DNA of 64,000 nt, from contig OZ219785.1 of the NCBI GenBank assembly GCA_964291285.2, forward strand, positions 64,001 through 128,000, read 5' to 3'. Source of the stretch: Alphaproteobacteria bacterium (GTDB lineage Bacteria > Pseudomonadota > Alphaproteobacteria > Bin95). The notes beneath the pieces are model-generated. The model was not told where the DNA came from and searched no databases. It was given only the letters and a program-made list of their open reading frames with translations. The position numbers and the translations under genes were made by a program. Of the stretch, positions 49,153-59,697 are shown piece by piece (the stretch's first letter is position 1; each line of letters starts with the position of its first letter).

Positions 49153-49892
49153 GTCACGAGACCGCGCAGGTTGGCAATGCCGAGCACGAGCAGGCCGCCC
49201 ATGACGAGCGTGCGGAACCGCCCGACCGGCATCGCCTCGCGCAGCCGGCCGCCGGCGACGAGGCCCGCCAGCGCCGGCAGGAAGGCCGCGGCGGAAACTG
49301 CCCAGTCCCCGGCGCTCGCGAGCAGGCCGTGGCCGGCGAGCGCCGCGGCCAGGGTGGAGGAGCCGGCAAGCAGGGTCCAGCCGAGCAGCCCGACCATGGC
49401 GCCGGGCTCCATGCGCAGCGCGAGCAGATAGACGCCGAGCTGCGGGCCGAACACGCCGGTAACGCCGCCCACCGCGCCGACGGCCGCGCCGACCAGCGGC
49501 GTGGCGGCCGGCTCCAGCCGCTCCGGCAGCCGGGGCTCCCAGCGCATCCAGGAGACGGCGACATAGCCGATGACGGTGAGTCCGACGAGCGCGTTCAGCA
49601 GGTCGGGATCGCCCCCGGCGATGAAGCCGGACGCGATCCAGACGGCCGCCATCAGCGGCAGCACGAGGCTCAGCAGTTGGCGCAGGCCCGGCCGGTGGCG
49701 CCATGTCGCCCAGATCTGCCAGACATTCGCGGCGACCAGCGAGACCGCGATCAGCGGCAGCGCCTCGCGGAGCGGCATGACGATGGCGAGCACGGAGATC
49801 ATGACGAGCGGCATGCCGAGCCCGATGGCGCCCTTTATGAGCCCGCCGAGGAACATTCCGGCAATCGCGACGGCCAGCGTGAACGGCTCCAT
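49149..49892 (-). CDS. TauE/SafE (TSUP) family permease
   Basis: GGLIKGAIGLGMPL, GGVTGVFGP, multi-TM. Confidence 0.88.
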   Translation of the reverse strand: MEPFTLAVAIAGMFLGGLIKGAIGLGMPLVMISVLAIVMPLREALPLIAVSLVAANVWQIWATWRHRPGLRQLLSLVLPLMAAVWIASGFIAGGDPDLLNALVGLTVIGYVAVSWMRWEPRLPERLEPAATPLVGAAVGAVGGVTGVFGPQLGVYLLALRMEPGAMVGLLGWTLLAGSSTLAAALAGHGLLASAGDWAVSAAAFLPALAGLVAGGRLREAMPVGRFRTLVMGGLLVLGIANLRGLVT

Positions 49893-49924
49893 GGACGCCC
49901 TCTCCGGGAGCCGGGTCCGGCATC

Positions 49925-50001
49925 TGGTCGGAGCGGCAGGATTCGAACCTGCGACCCCCACACCCCCAGTGTGATGCGCTACCAGACTGCGCTACGCTCC
50001 G
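49925..50001 (-). tRNA. tRNA-Pro(GGG)
   Basis: CGGAGCGTAGCGCAGTCTGGTAGCGCA...anticodon loop CTGGGGG...GGTTCGAATCC...CCGACCA. Confidence 0.95.
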
Positions 50002-50227
50002 ACGCCGGGAACATACCCGCCGGGCCGCTGCCTGCGCAAGCGGCGGTGGGCGAGCAGGGCTGTCACGAACCATCGTCCCGGCGGGTAAGCTTGACATGAG
50101 CCGCGGCGCGGGAAGAGTCCGCGCCAGATATCGACATCGGACGCTGCATGGCAGAGATATGAGGTGTTGACGCACTTCTTGAAGCAAGGCGTCCGGCAAA
50201 AGGTTGAACACAGGCTACTGTCCCGCA

Positions 50228-53200
50228 ATGGTCCAGAAAGACAGGCCTCAGGCCGCCTCCGACAATTCCCATTTCAGGTTGATACGCTATTGGCGCTCAT
50301 GCGTTGCAGACGTGGCCCTCGGCAAAGGGCGCTTCAGCCGAAGGGAGCTGTCCTCCGGCAGAAACGGTTTCGTCGAGCTCTCCACGGATGAGCTGTTCTC
50401 GGGCTGCGCCGACATGGAAACGGTCAAGCGCATATTCCGAAACCGGGACGAGAATATCGAACAGATGCCCGTGTGCCTCCGGCCGCTGCTCGCGGCTCGG
50501 CGGACGTCGCATGGCGTGGAGCGCCTCGACAGCCTGCCAGACTATGTCGCGCCTATCGCGACATTTGCGCTGGTGGCGCGCAAGGACGGCAGCGTATGGC
50601 CTCAGCGGACGGTTATCGCCCGCGACGTGCTGGAGCCGCTCCCGGAAGGGGCGTTTTCTATCGGAACCGTTGAGGCCCTCGACAGTTTTCTGGCGGAAAC
50701 GCCGTTTTCGGGACCCGGCGAGAACGAACCCCATGACACGGTTTGGAAAAACTATCGCGACGACTGCAAGCGGCTGTTGGATACGGTAACGGGCGGATGG
50801 CCCCAGGAGGGGACGGAATATGAGAGAGCCGGCAGGGGTCTGATGGACGTCTCCGCCGATGCTGCCGCTACCGTTCGCGGCATTCTGAGGCTTTATGACA
50901 ACATCCTGGAAGCGAAACCGGCCGCCCCATTGCTGGAAAATTTCGCGATTGCTGCAGCGAAGCCGGTTTCTCCGGGCCTCGATACGCCCTACGACTTCGT
51001 GGCATGCCTCGGACATGCGACCGACGAGTTTCCACTGGCCGACAAGCAGCGTGACGCACTTGCGCATCTGGCTGTAGCCGAAGACGGCGAAATACTTGCA
51101 GTCAACGGCCCTCCGGGTACGGGGAAGACCACCTTGCTGCTTTCGGCGATCGCCAGCGAGTGGGTGCGCGCAGCCAGAGCGGGCGGCGATCCGCCGGTCA
51201 TTGCCGCCGCGTCCGCCAACAATCAGGCGGTCACCAACATTATCGATGCCTTCGCAAACGACTTTGCGTGCGGCAAAGGACCCTTTGCGGGGCGGTGGCT
51301 GCCCGATATTGGAAGCTTCGGCCTGTTTCTCGCATCGAGGTCGCGCGAGGCGAGGGCCGCCGACAAGTATCAGACGGAAGACTTCTTCACGAGGCTGGAA
51401 ACGGCGACCTATGTGCGGCGGGCGATCGAGAAGTATCTCGCTGCGGCGAAGGACGCGCTGCCGCAGCTCCAGACGGTCGATTTGAAATCTGTCGTGGACG
51501 CGCTGCATGCCTCGATTGAGGCAGAGGTCGGGAAACTCGAGGCCGCAGACGCTATGCGCAAGCGGTTGTCGGCGGCGTTGGGAAAAGTCGAAAACATATT
51601 GGGAGCCAATCCGGAAGAGAGGCTGGACGCTCTTGAAACGAACCGGGCGCAGATTGCAGGGGAAGAGGCATCGAACAACAGGCTGTTGTCGGAATGGACG
51701 AAATACCTGGCAGACGAGTCGATGTTGCTGTCCTTGTTCGGCTTCCTGCCGCCGGTTGCCCGGAAGCGCAGGCTCAAGGCGCGGGCGTTCCTGCAAGGGA
51801 CGGGATACAGCGGAGACCTCAAGGCCCGGTTCGACATCGGGGCGGTGGAGCCGGAACTGATTCGCCGGGTCGACACAAGTCGGGAACGGCTTGGAAGGGC
51901 GAACGCCGATCTGGCCCAGGGCAAGGACGCAATGGCCGGGCTGACGCGCGCATGCAGCGACTACGCTGACGCCCTGAAGAGCTTGGGGGCCGACGCCACT
52001 CACCCGGAAGACCATGACGCTGTGGAAAGGACGCTGGATTGCGGTGGCCGCTTCCGTTTGTTCCTGCTGGCGACGCATTACTGGGAAGGGCGCTGGCTCC
52101 TCGAAATGGAGGACCTTCTGCCGAATATCGGCGACGAGCAAAGGCGAAGAGGTGAAAAGGTAGTCGCGCGACGGTGGCGGCGGCGAATGATGCTGACCCC
52201 CTGCATGGTTTCGACATTTGCGACGCTGCCCGGAAAGATGACCGTTTCAAAATATGCAAACGGGGAATTCAGTGAAGAGTACCTCTTCAACTTCATCGAC
52301 CTGTTGATTGTCGATGAGGCCGGGCAGGTATTGCCCGAAGTAGCCGGTGGGTCCTTCGCGCTTGCCAAAAGGGCGTTGGTAATCGGTGACACTCAGCAGA
52401 TTGAACCGATTTCCCTGCTTCCCAGGTCCGTCGATATCGGCAACCTCATGGAAAGCGGCCTCCTTTCGGAAAGCCATACCGAAGAAGACCTGGACCGTAT
52501 CGACAAGCTTGGAATCGCGTCGAAGGGCGGCAGCGTCATGCAGGTCGCACAGTCCGCCTGCCGCTACCGGCCTGAATCGGAGTTGGACCGGGGTCTCTAC
52601 CTGTTCGAACATCGGCGCTGTTTCGACGAGATCGTCTCCTACTGCAACGCCTTGTGTTACAAGGGCAAGCTCCAGCCCCGTCGCGGTTCGGCACTCGGCG
52701 GCGGCCCGCCGGAACCGGGAACCGGGCTCGTCCCGTTCGCCTATCTTCATGTTGACGGGATTTGTACTGCGTTCGGAGGCAGCCGTCGGAACAGCACCGA
52801 GGCGCGGACAATCGCTGCATGGCTGGCCGCGCAGCGGGCGGCGCTCGAAGGCGCATACCGGAAACCTCTCGAAGAAATCGTTGGCGTCATAACCCCGTTC
52901 GGCAGGCAGGTCCGCGAAATCCGAGACGCATGCAAGGCTGCCGGCGTCCGCGTCGATGGGCGCGGCGGCATGACTGTCGGCACCGTCCATTCGCTTCAGG
53001 GAGCAGACCGCAATATCGTGATTTTCTCGCCGACCTATTCCAAGCATGCGGACGGCGAGTTCATCGACATGTCTCCAAGTATGCTGAATGTCGCCGTCTC
53101 CCGCGCCAAGGACAGCTTCCTGACATTCGGCGACATGGACCTGTTTTCCATCGCGGCGTATGGCACGCCGAGACGCCTGCTGGGTGAATTTCTGCTCGCC

Positions 53201-53537
53201 CGACCCGAAAACGCATTGGAGTTCGATGTCCTGCCGCGAGACGATCTTGCGCCGTCGGACAAGGCAATAGAGGCGCTGCAGGACGCGAAGGAACATGACG
53301 CCTTTCTGCTAGGCCTTCTGAGCAGCGATGCGAGAAAAGTCACCATCGTCAGCCCATGGGTCGTGGCCCGCACTATGGAAAGGACCGGAATCATTGCTGC
53401 GCTCGGAAGGGCTCGGAAACAAGGTATGGAAATCGACATCTATGTCGATCCTGCTCTGAACGAAGGAGACGCCGGGCAAGGACGCTCCAACCTTGAGCGG
53501 GCCGAGGCGGCTTTTTCGGAGATCGGCGTAAAGCTAA
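50228..53537 (+). pseudogene. SF1 (DNA2/NAM7-like) helicase-PLD fusion, Mokosh type II-like, 5' part
   Basis: NGPPGTGKTT, VDEAGQ, GDTQQIEP, EHRRC, GTVHSLQGAD, MLNVAVSRAK, start of PLD (IVSPW); cut by IS1634. Confidence 0.85.
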
Positions 53538-55551
53538 CCCGACTTCCGCAACTCGGCTTGAGAATCGACTGATTTGACGGTTTTCCGGCGCGAGAAGTGT
53601 CGGATTTCGGTGCAGTACCTCTCGGGACCGGCTTGTAGTGCCGACCTACCCCCTTGATCGGGCTGGCGAAGATCCGGACGCTGCGCTGATGTTCGTGCGC
53701 TGCAAGAGACGCTTCAAGGACGGCAAGGAGCACCGCTACTGGAGCGTTGTGGAGAACGTCCGGGTCCACGGCGGTCGGGTTGTTCAGCGTCAGGTGCTCT
53801 ATCTCGGGGAGATCAACGACAGCCAGCGAGCGGCGTGGTGCCGCTCGATCGAGGTGGTGGAGGGCAAGTCGCGATCACGGCAGATGGCGCTGTTTCCCGA
53901 GGACCGGGAGGCGCCGGCGCTGACTTGCGAAGTGGTGAAGATCGACCTCTCGCAGGTGGCGCTTCACGACCCGCGCCAGTGGGGGGCGTGCTGGCTGGCG
54001 CTGTCCTTGTGGGACCGCCTGGACCTGGACCGCTTCTGGGAAGAGCGGCTGCCGGCGAGCCGGCAAGGCACGCGGTGGCTGGACATCCTGAAGATCCAGG
54101 TCTGCTACCGGCTGATCGACCCGGGCAGCGAGTGGCGCCTTCACCGTCACTGGTATGAGCACAGCGCGCTTCGCGATCTTCTGGGTGGCGAGCGGGCGAT
54201 CGCCGACGACACACTCTATCGCTGTCTCGACAAGCTGCTGGCGCACAAGCAGGGCTTCTTCTCGTTTCTGCGCGACCGCTGGGCGACGCTGTTCGAGGCG
54301 CGCTTCGACGTGCTGCTCTACGACCTGACCTCGACCTACTTCGAGAGCGATCCGCCGTTCGATGACAAGCGCCGCTTCGGCTACAGCCGGGACAAGCGGC
54401 CCGACTGCGTGCAGGTGGTGATCGCCCTGATCGTTACGCCGCAGGGCTTTCCGCTGGCCTATGAGGTGATGCCGGGCAACACCTCCGACGACACCACGCT
54501 GGCGGCGTTCCTCAAGAAGATCGAGGATCAGTATGGCCGCTCCGAGCGGGTGTGGATCATGGACCGCGGCATCCCCACCGAGGAGACGCTGGCCGCGATG
54601 CGCGAGGGCGAGGCGCCGGTGCGCTACTTGGTGGGCACGCCCAAGGGCCGGCTGACGCGGCTCGAGAAGGTGTTCCTGGGCCTGCCCTGGCAGGAGGTGC
54701 GCCAGTCCGTGACTGTCAAGCTTCTGGTCGAGGATGGCGAGCTCTACGTCCTGGTGCGCAGCGAGGGGCGGCAGGTGAAGGAACGCGGCATGCGCCGGCG
54801 CCGGCTGAAGAGGCTGTGGCGTCGATTGGCCGAGTTGCAAGGGCAGTCGAACAGCCGGGATCAGTTGTTGCTCAAGCTCGGCGCCGCCAGGAAGGAGGCC
54901 GGCCGGGCCTGGAGCCTGGTCGACATCACCGTGCCCGGGACCGACAGCGAACTCGCCGCCAACGGCTTCTCATTCCGCCTGCAGCGCGACCGGCTGCGCC
55001 AGGTCCGCCGCCGCGAGGGCCGTTACCTGCTGCGATCCAACATGGTCGCCGAAGACCCCGCCACGCTGTGGCATCTGTACATGCAGCTCGTCGAGATCGA
55101 GCAGGCGTTCAAGGAACTCAAGCACGACCTCGCGATCCGCCCCATCTTCCATCAGCGCCAAGAGCGCATCGAGGCGCATATCTTCGTCTCGTTCATCGCC
55201 TACTGCCTGCTGGTGACCCTGAAGAACCTCGCCCGGCCGCGCGCCCCGGGCCTCACCCCACGCGCCATCCTTGAGGCCTTCGCCACCATCCAGATGGTGG
55301 ACGTCCATCTGCCAACCACCGACGGCCGGCACCTCGTCCTGCCGCGCCACACCCGGCCGAACAAGGAGCACGAGCTACTGCTGCAACAGCTCGGCATGAC
55401 CTGGCCGCAGCAACCCGCACCCCGGATCTCCGCCTGACGGCACACGGCGCCGCCTCTCCGTTCGCCGCCTTGTAGTGCCGACCCTCGGGGAGACGATCAA
55501 GGCTATTCAATGAGTTAGCATCCTCATGACCCCCGAGTTGCGGAAGTCGGG
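53538..55551 (+). mobile_element. IS1634-family insertion sequence; transposase 53689-55437
   Basis: IR CCCGACTTCCGCAACTCGG / CCGAGTTGCGGAAGTCGGG, CTAA on both flanks; YDLTSTYFE, GYSRDKRPD, IMDRG, IEQAFKELK, RIEAHIF. Confidence 0.92.
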
Positions 55552-55555
55552 CTAA

Positions 55556-55687
55556 TACCACCGGCCACAGATAAGAACCGATTAGCCTCTCTCGGCGGAG
55601 ATTACCTCTTGCAGTAGGAGGCCTCGGCTCAGGGGGCGAGCTGCGGAGGGAGGCTCTGCTATAGGTTCCAATCAACGACCGTTGGTA
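55556..55687. mobile_element. 132-bp MITE-like insertion
   Basis: Ends TACCACCGG / CCGTTGGTA with TA(A) flanks; removing it and IS1634 restores the helicase-PLD reading frame. Confidence 0.65.
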
Positions 55688-55896
55688 TAAGGAAGGTGAG
55701 GCAGCTTCACAGCAAGATCGTCATAGCCGACGAGACCCTGCTCACGGTGGGGTCATTCAATTGGCTCAGCGCCGACCGAGTCGGCAGATACGCCCGGCAT
55801 GAAACGTCGCTCGTCTATCGAGGAACCCATCTCTCGAAAGAAATCGAAGTCATTGTCGGGAGTCTGCAGCAGCGCGCGGCCGCCAGTGGCGGCTGA
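55688..55896 (+). pseudogene. 3' end (PLD active site) of the helicase-PLD gene
   Basis: RKVRQLHSKIVIADETLLTVGSFNWLSA (HxK...GSxN). Confidence 0.85.
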
Positions 55897-56251
55897 TCCC
55901 GGTCACAACTCTCTTGCCGTCTGGCGAGGGTGGGGCCATCTTCAAGCGTGGAAACCCCGGTACCGTCTCTGCCCCAGGCACGTGGCCGGGGTAAATTGTG
56001 GCGGGATCCGGTTCCGCGACGGCTGACAGGCGTTTCGGCGCGCCGCCGGACTTTCCGGTCCTTTTCCTTCGCTTCCGCGAAATCCAGCTCAAACTTCCGG
56101 ATACGTTTCACCAGCCCGTCCGGATGATTGGCATGGGTCCTCGGGGGTCGGACAGTTCGGTGCAAGAGATTCGATCGCGACCGCCCGGGGGATTGGACGC
56201 CGCCTCAGCTTCGTGCCATGAGGGAGCCACACTGGAAGGAGTTGCGCCGCC

Positions 56252-57034
56252 ATGGCCCTGATCGCCAACCGCACCAAGGAGAAGCTCGCAGCCGGGGAGC
56301 TTGCGCTGGGTCTCGGCCTGCGTCTCGCCCGCATGCCGGAGATTGCCAAGATCGCCGCGGTCTGCGGCTATGACTGGCTGTTCGTGGACCTGGAGCACGG
56401 CGCGTTCTCCGTCGATACGGCGGCGCAGATCTGCGCCGCCTCGCTGGACGCCGGCATTTCGCCGATCCCGCGCGCCTCGGCGCATGAGCATTTCCACGCG
56501 ACCCGGCTGCTGGATGCGGGCGCGCAGGGCATCGTCGTGCCGCATGTCGACAGCGCGGCGCAAGCCGAGGCGGTGCGCGACAACTGCCTCTACCCGCCGG
56601 TCGGCAGGCGCTCGGTCGCCGGGGGCATGGCGCAGCTCGAATACGAGGCGCTGCCGACGGGCGAGGCCGCGCGGCTCATCAACGGCGCGACGCTCACCGT
56701 GGTGATGATCGAGACGGCCGAGGCCGTGGAGGCCGCGGACGAGATCGCCGCGGTCGAGGGGATCGACGCGCTGCTGATCGGCACCAACGACCTCTGCGCC
56801 ACGATGGGCATACCGGGGCAGTTCGGACATGACCGCGTCACCGACGCCTACGACCGCGTGGTCTCGGCGGCGCGCAACAACGGCAAGCATGCCGGCATGG
56901 GCGGCGTCTATGACGAGGAACTCGCCGGGCGCTATATCGGCATGGGCGCGCGGCTCGTGCTCGCCGGCAACGACCTGCCGCTGCTGATGGGTGCCGCCAG
57001 GGCGCGGTCGGCCTTCCTGCGCGGGCTGGCCTGA
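56252..57034 (+). CDS. HpcH/HpaI aldolase family protein
   Basis: GYDWLFVDLEHG, LDAGAQGIVVPHV, MIET, IGTNDL. Confidence 0.9.
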   Translation: MALIANRTKEKLAAGELALGLGLRLARMPEIAKIAAVCGYDWLFVDLEHGAFSVDTAAQICAASLDAGISPIPRASAHEHFHATRLLDAGAQGIVVPHVDSAAQAEAVRDNCLYPPVGRRSVAGGMAQLEYEALPTGEAARLINGATLTVVMIETAEAVEAADEIAAVEGIDALLIGTNDLCATMGIPGQFGHDRVTDAYDRVVSAARNNGKHAGMGGVYDEELAGRYIGMGARLVLAGNDLPLLMGAARARSAFLRGLA

Positions 57035-57081
57035 CGGGCGGTCCGTTCGGGTCGGAACGCATATGCGGTCAAGCCCCCAAC

Positions 57082-57185
57082 CGTCACCCCGGCCGGAGCG
57101 TAGCGGAGAGCCGGGGGCCATCTTCCGGCCTTTCCGCCAGGCTGACACGGCAGGGATGGGCCCCGGATCGGGGTCCGGGGCGACG
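57082..57185. repeat. REP-like palindromic element between convergent genes
   Basis: CGTCACCCCGGC...GCCGGGG and CCCCGGATCGGGGTCCGGGGCGACG arms. Confidence 0.65.
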
Positions 57186-57229
57186 ATTGAGACGCGAGGC
57201 CGACAGGTGTCGAGCGAACGACAATCGTA

Positions 57230-57697
57230 TCAGTCGAACGCGGTGCCCGACGCGCCGCCGCCGCCGAGCTTGTAGGTGACGACGCCGCGGGCGATCTTGC
57301 GTCCCCCGTCGTCCGTCACCAGCACGTCCACGACGGTGAGCGAGCCGCCCCGGCGCAGCACCACGGCCTCCGCCTCCAGGCCGCGGCCCTTCAGCCCCGG
57401 CGAGAGGAAGTTGACGGTGAATCCGACCGTGGCGCCCCTGGTCGCCTCGACCACGGACGGACTCGTCCAGGCGGCGGCCGTGGCGGCCGTGTCGATCAGG
57501 GACGCCGTCGCGCCGCCGTGGTAGATGCCGGCGCCGTTGCCGAGTTCGGCCCGCCAGGGCAGCCGGACGACGGCGCGGTCGGCTTCCAGCACGGCCAGCT
57601 CGATGCCGAGATGGACGCCGTAGGGCCCGCGCACGATGGCCTCCCGGATGCGGCGTTCGCCCACCGGGCTCGGTCCTTTCGCCGCGCCGCCGCTCAC
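57230..57697 (-). CDS. PaaI-family thioesterase
   Basis: NGAGIYHGGATASLIDTA hot-dog motif. Confidence 0.88.
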   Translation of the reverse strand: MSGGAAKGPSPVGERRIREAIVRGPYGVHLGIELAVLEADRAVVRLPWRAELGNGAGIYHGGATASLIDTAATAAAWTSPSVVEATRGATVGFTVNFLSPGLKGRGLEAEAVVLRRGGSLTVVDVLVTDDGGRKIARGVVTYKLGGGGASGTAFD

Positions 57698-58398
57698 CAG
57701 GGTTCCCCGAAGGGCCGGATCTCGACATTGAAGGACCATGCCGAGCGGTCCTGGTGCGCGATGCGGAAGACCTCCTCGCCGATGGCGTCCGGCTTGATGA
57801 AGAAGTCGTCCGGCCTGCCGGGATGGCGCCGCCGGGTCCACCATAGGTCGATCACCGCGTCGATGACGATATAGGCGACATGCACGCCCTGCGGCCCGAG
57901 CTCGCGCGCCATCGCCTCGGCGAGGATGCGCTGCGCCGCCTTGGTCGGCGCGAAGCCGGAGAAGCGCGGAATGCCCCGCCAGGTCGATGTGTTGCCGGTC
58001 ACCATGAGCGCGCCCGCGCCGCGCGCGACCATCCCCGGCGCGGTCAGCTGCGCCAGATGGAGGAGGCTCATCGTGTTGACCTCGAAATTGGCCTGCATGT
58101 CCGCCGGGTCCATGTCGAGGAAGCCGCCCCAGCTTCCGCGCGCGGCGTTGTGGACCACGACATGCGGGTCGTCCCCCAATTCGGTGCGGACCCGCTCCAC
58201 GGCACCCGCCAGCGCCTCGCGGTCGGTGATGTCGCAGGGAACCGCCAGAGTGCCGGGAATCGCCGCCTCGTATTCGCTGAGCCGCGACTCCGAGCGCGCG
58301 AGCATCGCCACCCGGTAGCCGCCGGCCGCAAACCGCCGGATCACGGAGCCGCCCGTGCCCCGCCCGGCGCCCGCCACCAGCGCGATCTTTTCCGCCAT
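57694..58398 (-). CDS. Short-chain dehydrogenase/reductase
   Basis: VAGAGRGTG, VHNA, KAAQRILAE.MARELGPQG. Confidence 0.9.
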   Translation of the reverse strand: MAEKIALVAGAGRGTGGSVIRRFAAGGYRVAMLARSESRLSEYEAAIPGTLAVPCDITDREALAGAVERVRTELGDDPHVVVHNAARGSWGGFLDMDPADMQANFEVNTMSLLHLAQLTAPGMVARGAGALMVTGNTSTWRGIPRFSGFAPTKAAQRILAEAMARELGPQGVHVAYIVIDAVIDLWWTRRRHPGRPDDFFIKPDAIGEEVFRIAHQDRSAWSFNVEIRPFGEPW

Positions 58399-58427
58399 CC
58401 GTTCCCCTCCCGTCGATCCGTTGCCGT

Positions 58428-59660
58428 TCAGGCCGCCTGGCCGAGCGCCGGCACGCCCCCCGCCCGGCGCATGGCTGCCGCGCGGCGCACCAGGAATGCG
58501 GCGACCCCCAGATGCGCGATGTTGACCGCGACCGCGCCGGCAAAGGCGACCCGGTAGCTGCCGGTGAGGTCATGGACCGCGCCCGCGAGCCAGGCGCCCG
58601 CGGCCATGCCGAGCATGGTGAACAGCAGCGCCAGCCCGATGCGCCCGCCCGCCTGCCGGGCCGGAAAATACTCCCGGATGATGATGGCGTAAGACGGCAC
58701 GATGCCGCCCTGCGAGAGCCCGAACAGCCCGGCGACGACCAGTAGCGCGATCCGCCCGTCCGCCGGCAGGAACAGCAGCAGCGCGACCGTCTGGCCGGCC
58801 GAGCCGAGCGCGAGCGTGCGCAGGCCGCCGATGCGGTCCGATATCCAGCCGGAGCCGAGCCGGCTCACAATGCCGAACCCGTACATCAGCGACAGCATCA
58901 GCGCGCCGTCGGCCGGGCGCAGGCCGATATCGTCCGCCATCGCCACCGCATGGACCTGCGGCGCGGCCATCGCTACGCAGCAGCCGAGCCCCGCGCAGCA
59001 GAGAAGGGCCTGGAGCGCCGGGGCCCGCATGCCGAGCGGCCGGGCCGCCTCCGCCGCCTCCAGCGGCCCCGTCAGCACCGTGCGCGGGGCAGGGCGGTGC
59101 AGCACCAGCGCCAGCAGCGGCAGCGAGAGCAAGGTCAGGCCGCCCATGGCCAGATACATGTCCCGCCAGCCATGGTCGTGGACCAGGACTTCGAGCACCG
59201 GCGGCCAGACCATGCCCGACACATAGGCGCCGCTGATAACCATGGCGACCGCGAGGCCGCGGCGGCGCTCGAACCAGAGCGAGGTATCCGCGACCATGGG
59301 CGCCATGGTGGTCGAGGCGCCCATCAGGCCGATCAGCAGCCCGTGGGCCAGGACCGCCTGCCAGAGCTCGACCGCGTGCCCGGCGATCCAGAAGCCGAGG
59401 CCGAGGGTCAGCCCCCCGGCGAAGGTGACGCGCATGGCGCCCAGCCGGTCGGCGAAGCGGCCCATCCAGAAGCTGCCGAGGCCGAACCCGACCATGAACG
59501 CCATATAGGGCAGCGTCGCCGCGCCCCGCGAGATGTCGAACGCCTCCTGCATCGGCTTGAGGGCGACCGTGCCGGCGAACATGCCCGCCGTGCCGACGAC
59601 CATGATGAGGAAGGCCGCCGCCGCACGGGCCGCAGGATACCAGGATGCTCCGCCTGCCAT
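58428..59660 (-). CDS. MFS transporter
   Basis: GRFADRLG, GWISDRIG, WFERRRGLA. Confidence 0.88.
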   Translation of the reverse strand: MAGGASWYPAARAAAAFLIMVVGTAGMFAGTVALKPMQEAFDISRGAATLPYMAFMVGFGLGSFWMGRFADRLGAMRVTFAGGLTLGLGFWIAGHAVELWQAVLAHGLLIGLMGASTTMAPMVADTSLWFERRRGLAVAMVISGAYVSGMVWPPVLEVLVHDHGWRDMYLAMGGLTLLSLPLLALVLHRPAPRTVLTGPLEAAEAARPLGMRAPALQALLCCAGLGCCVAMAAPQVHAVAMADDIGLRPADGALMLSLMYGFGIVSRLGSGWISDRIGGLRTLALGSAGQTVALLLFLPADGRIALLVVAGLFGLSQGGIVPSYAIIIREYFPARQAGGRIGLALLFTMLGMAAGAWLAGAVHDLTGSYRVAFAGAVAVNIAHLGVAAFLVRRAAAMRRAGGVPALGQAA

Positions 59661-59697
59661 GCCGCCGCTCCGGGCTGCCCCCCGCCGTTCCCGCGTC

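Noticed and set aside
49925-50001. tRNA-Pro as the att site for the helicase-PLD insert
   Set aside because: The insert lies 5' of the tRNA, no duplicated 3' end was seen, and no integrase is adjacent.
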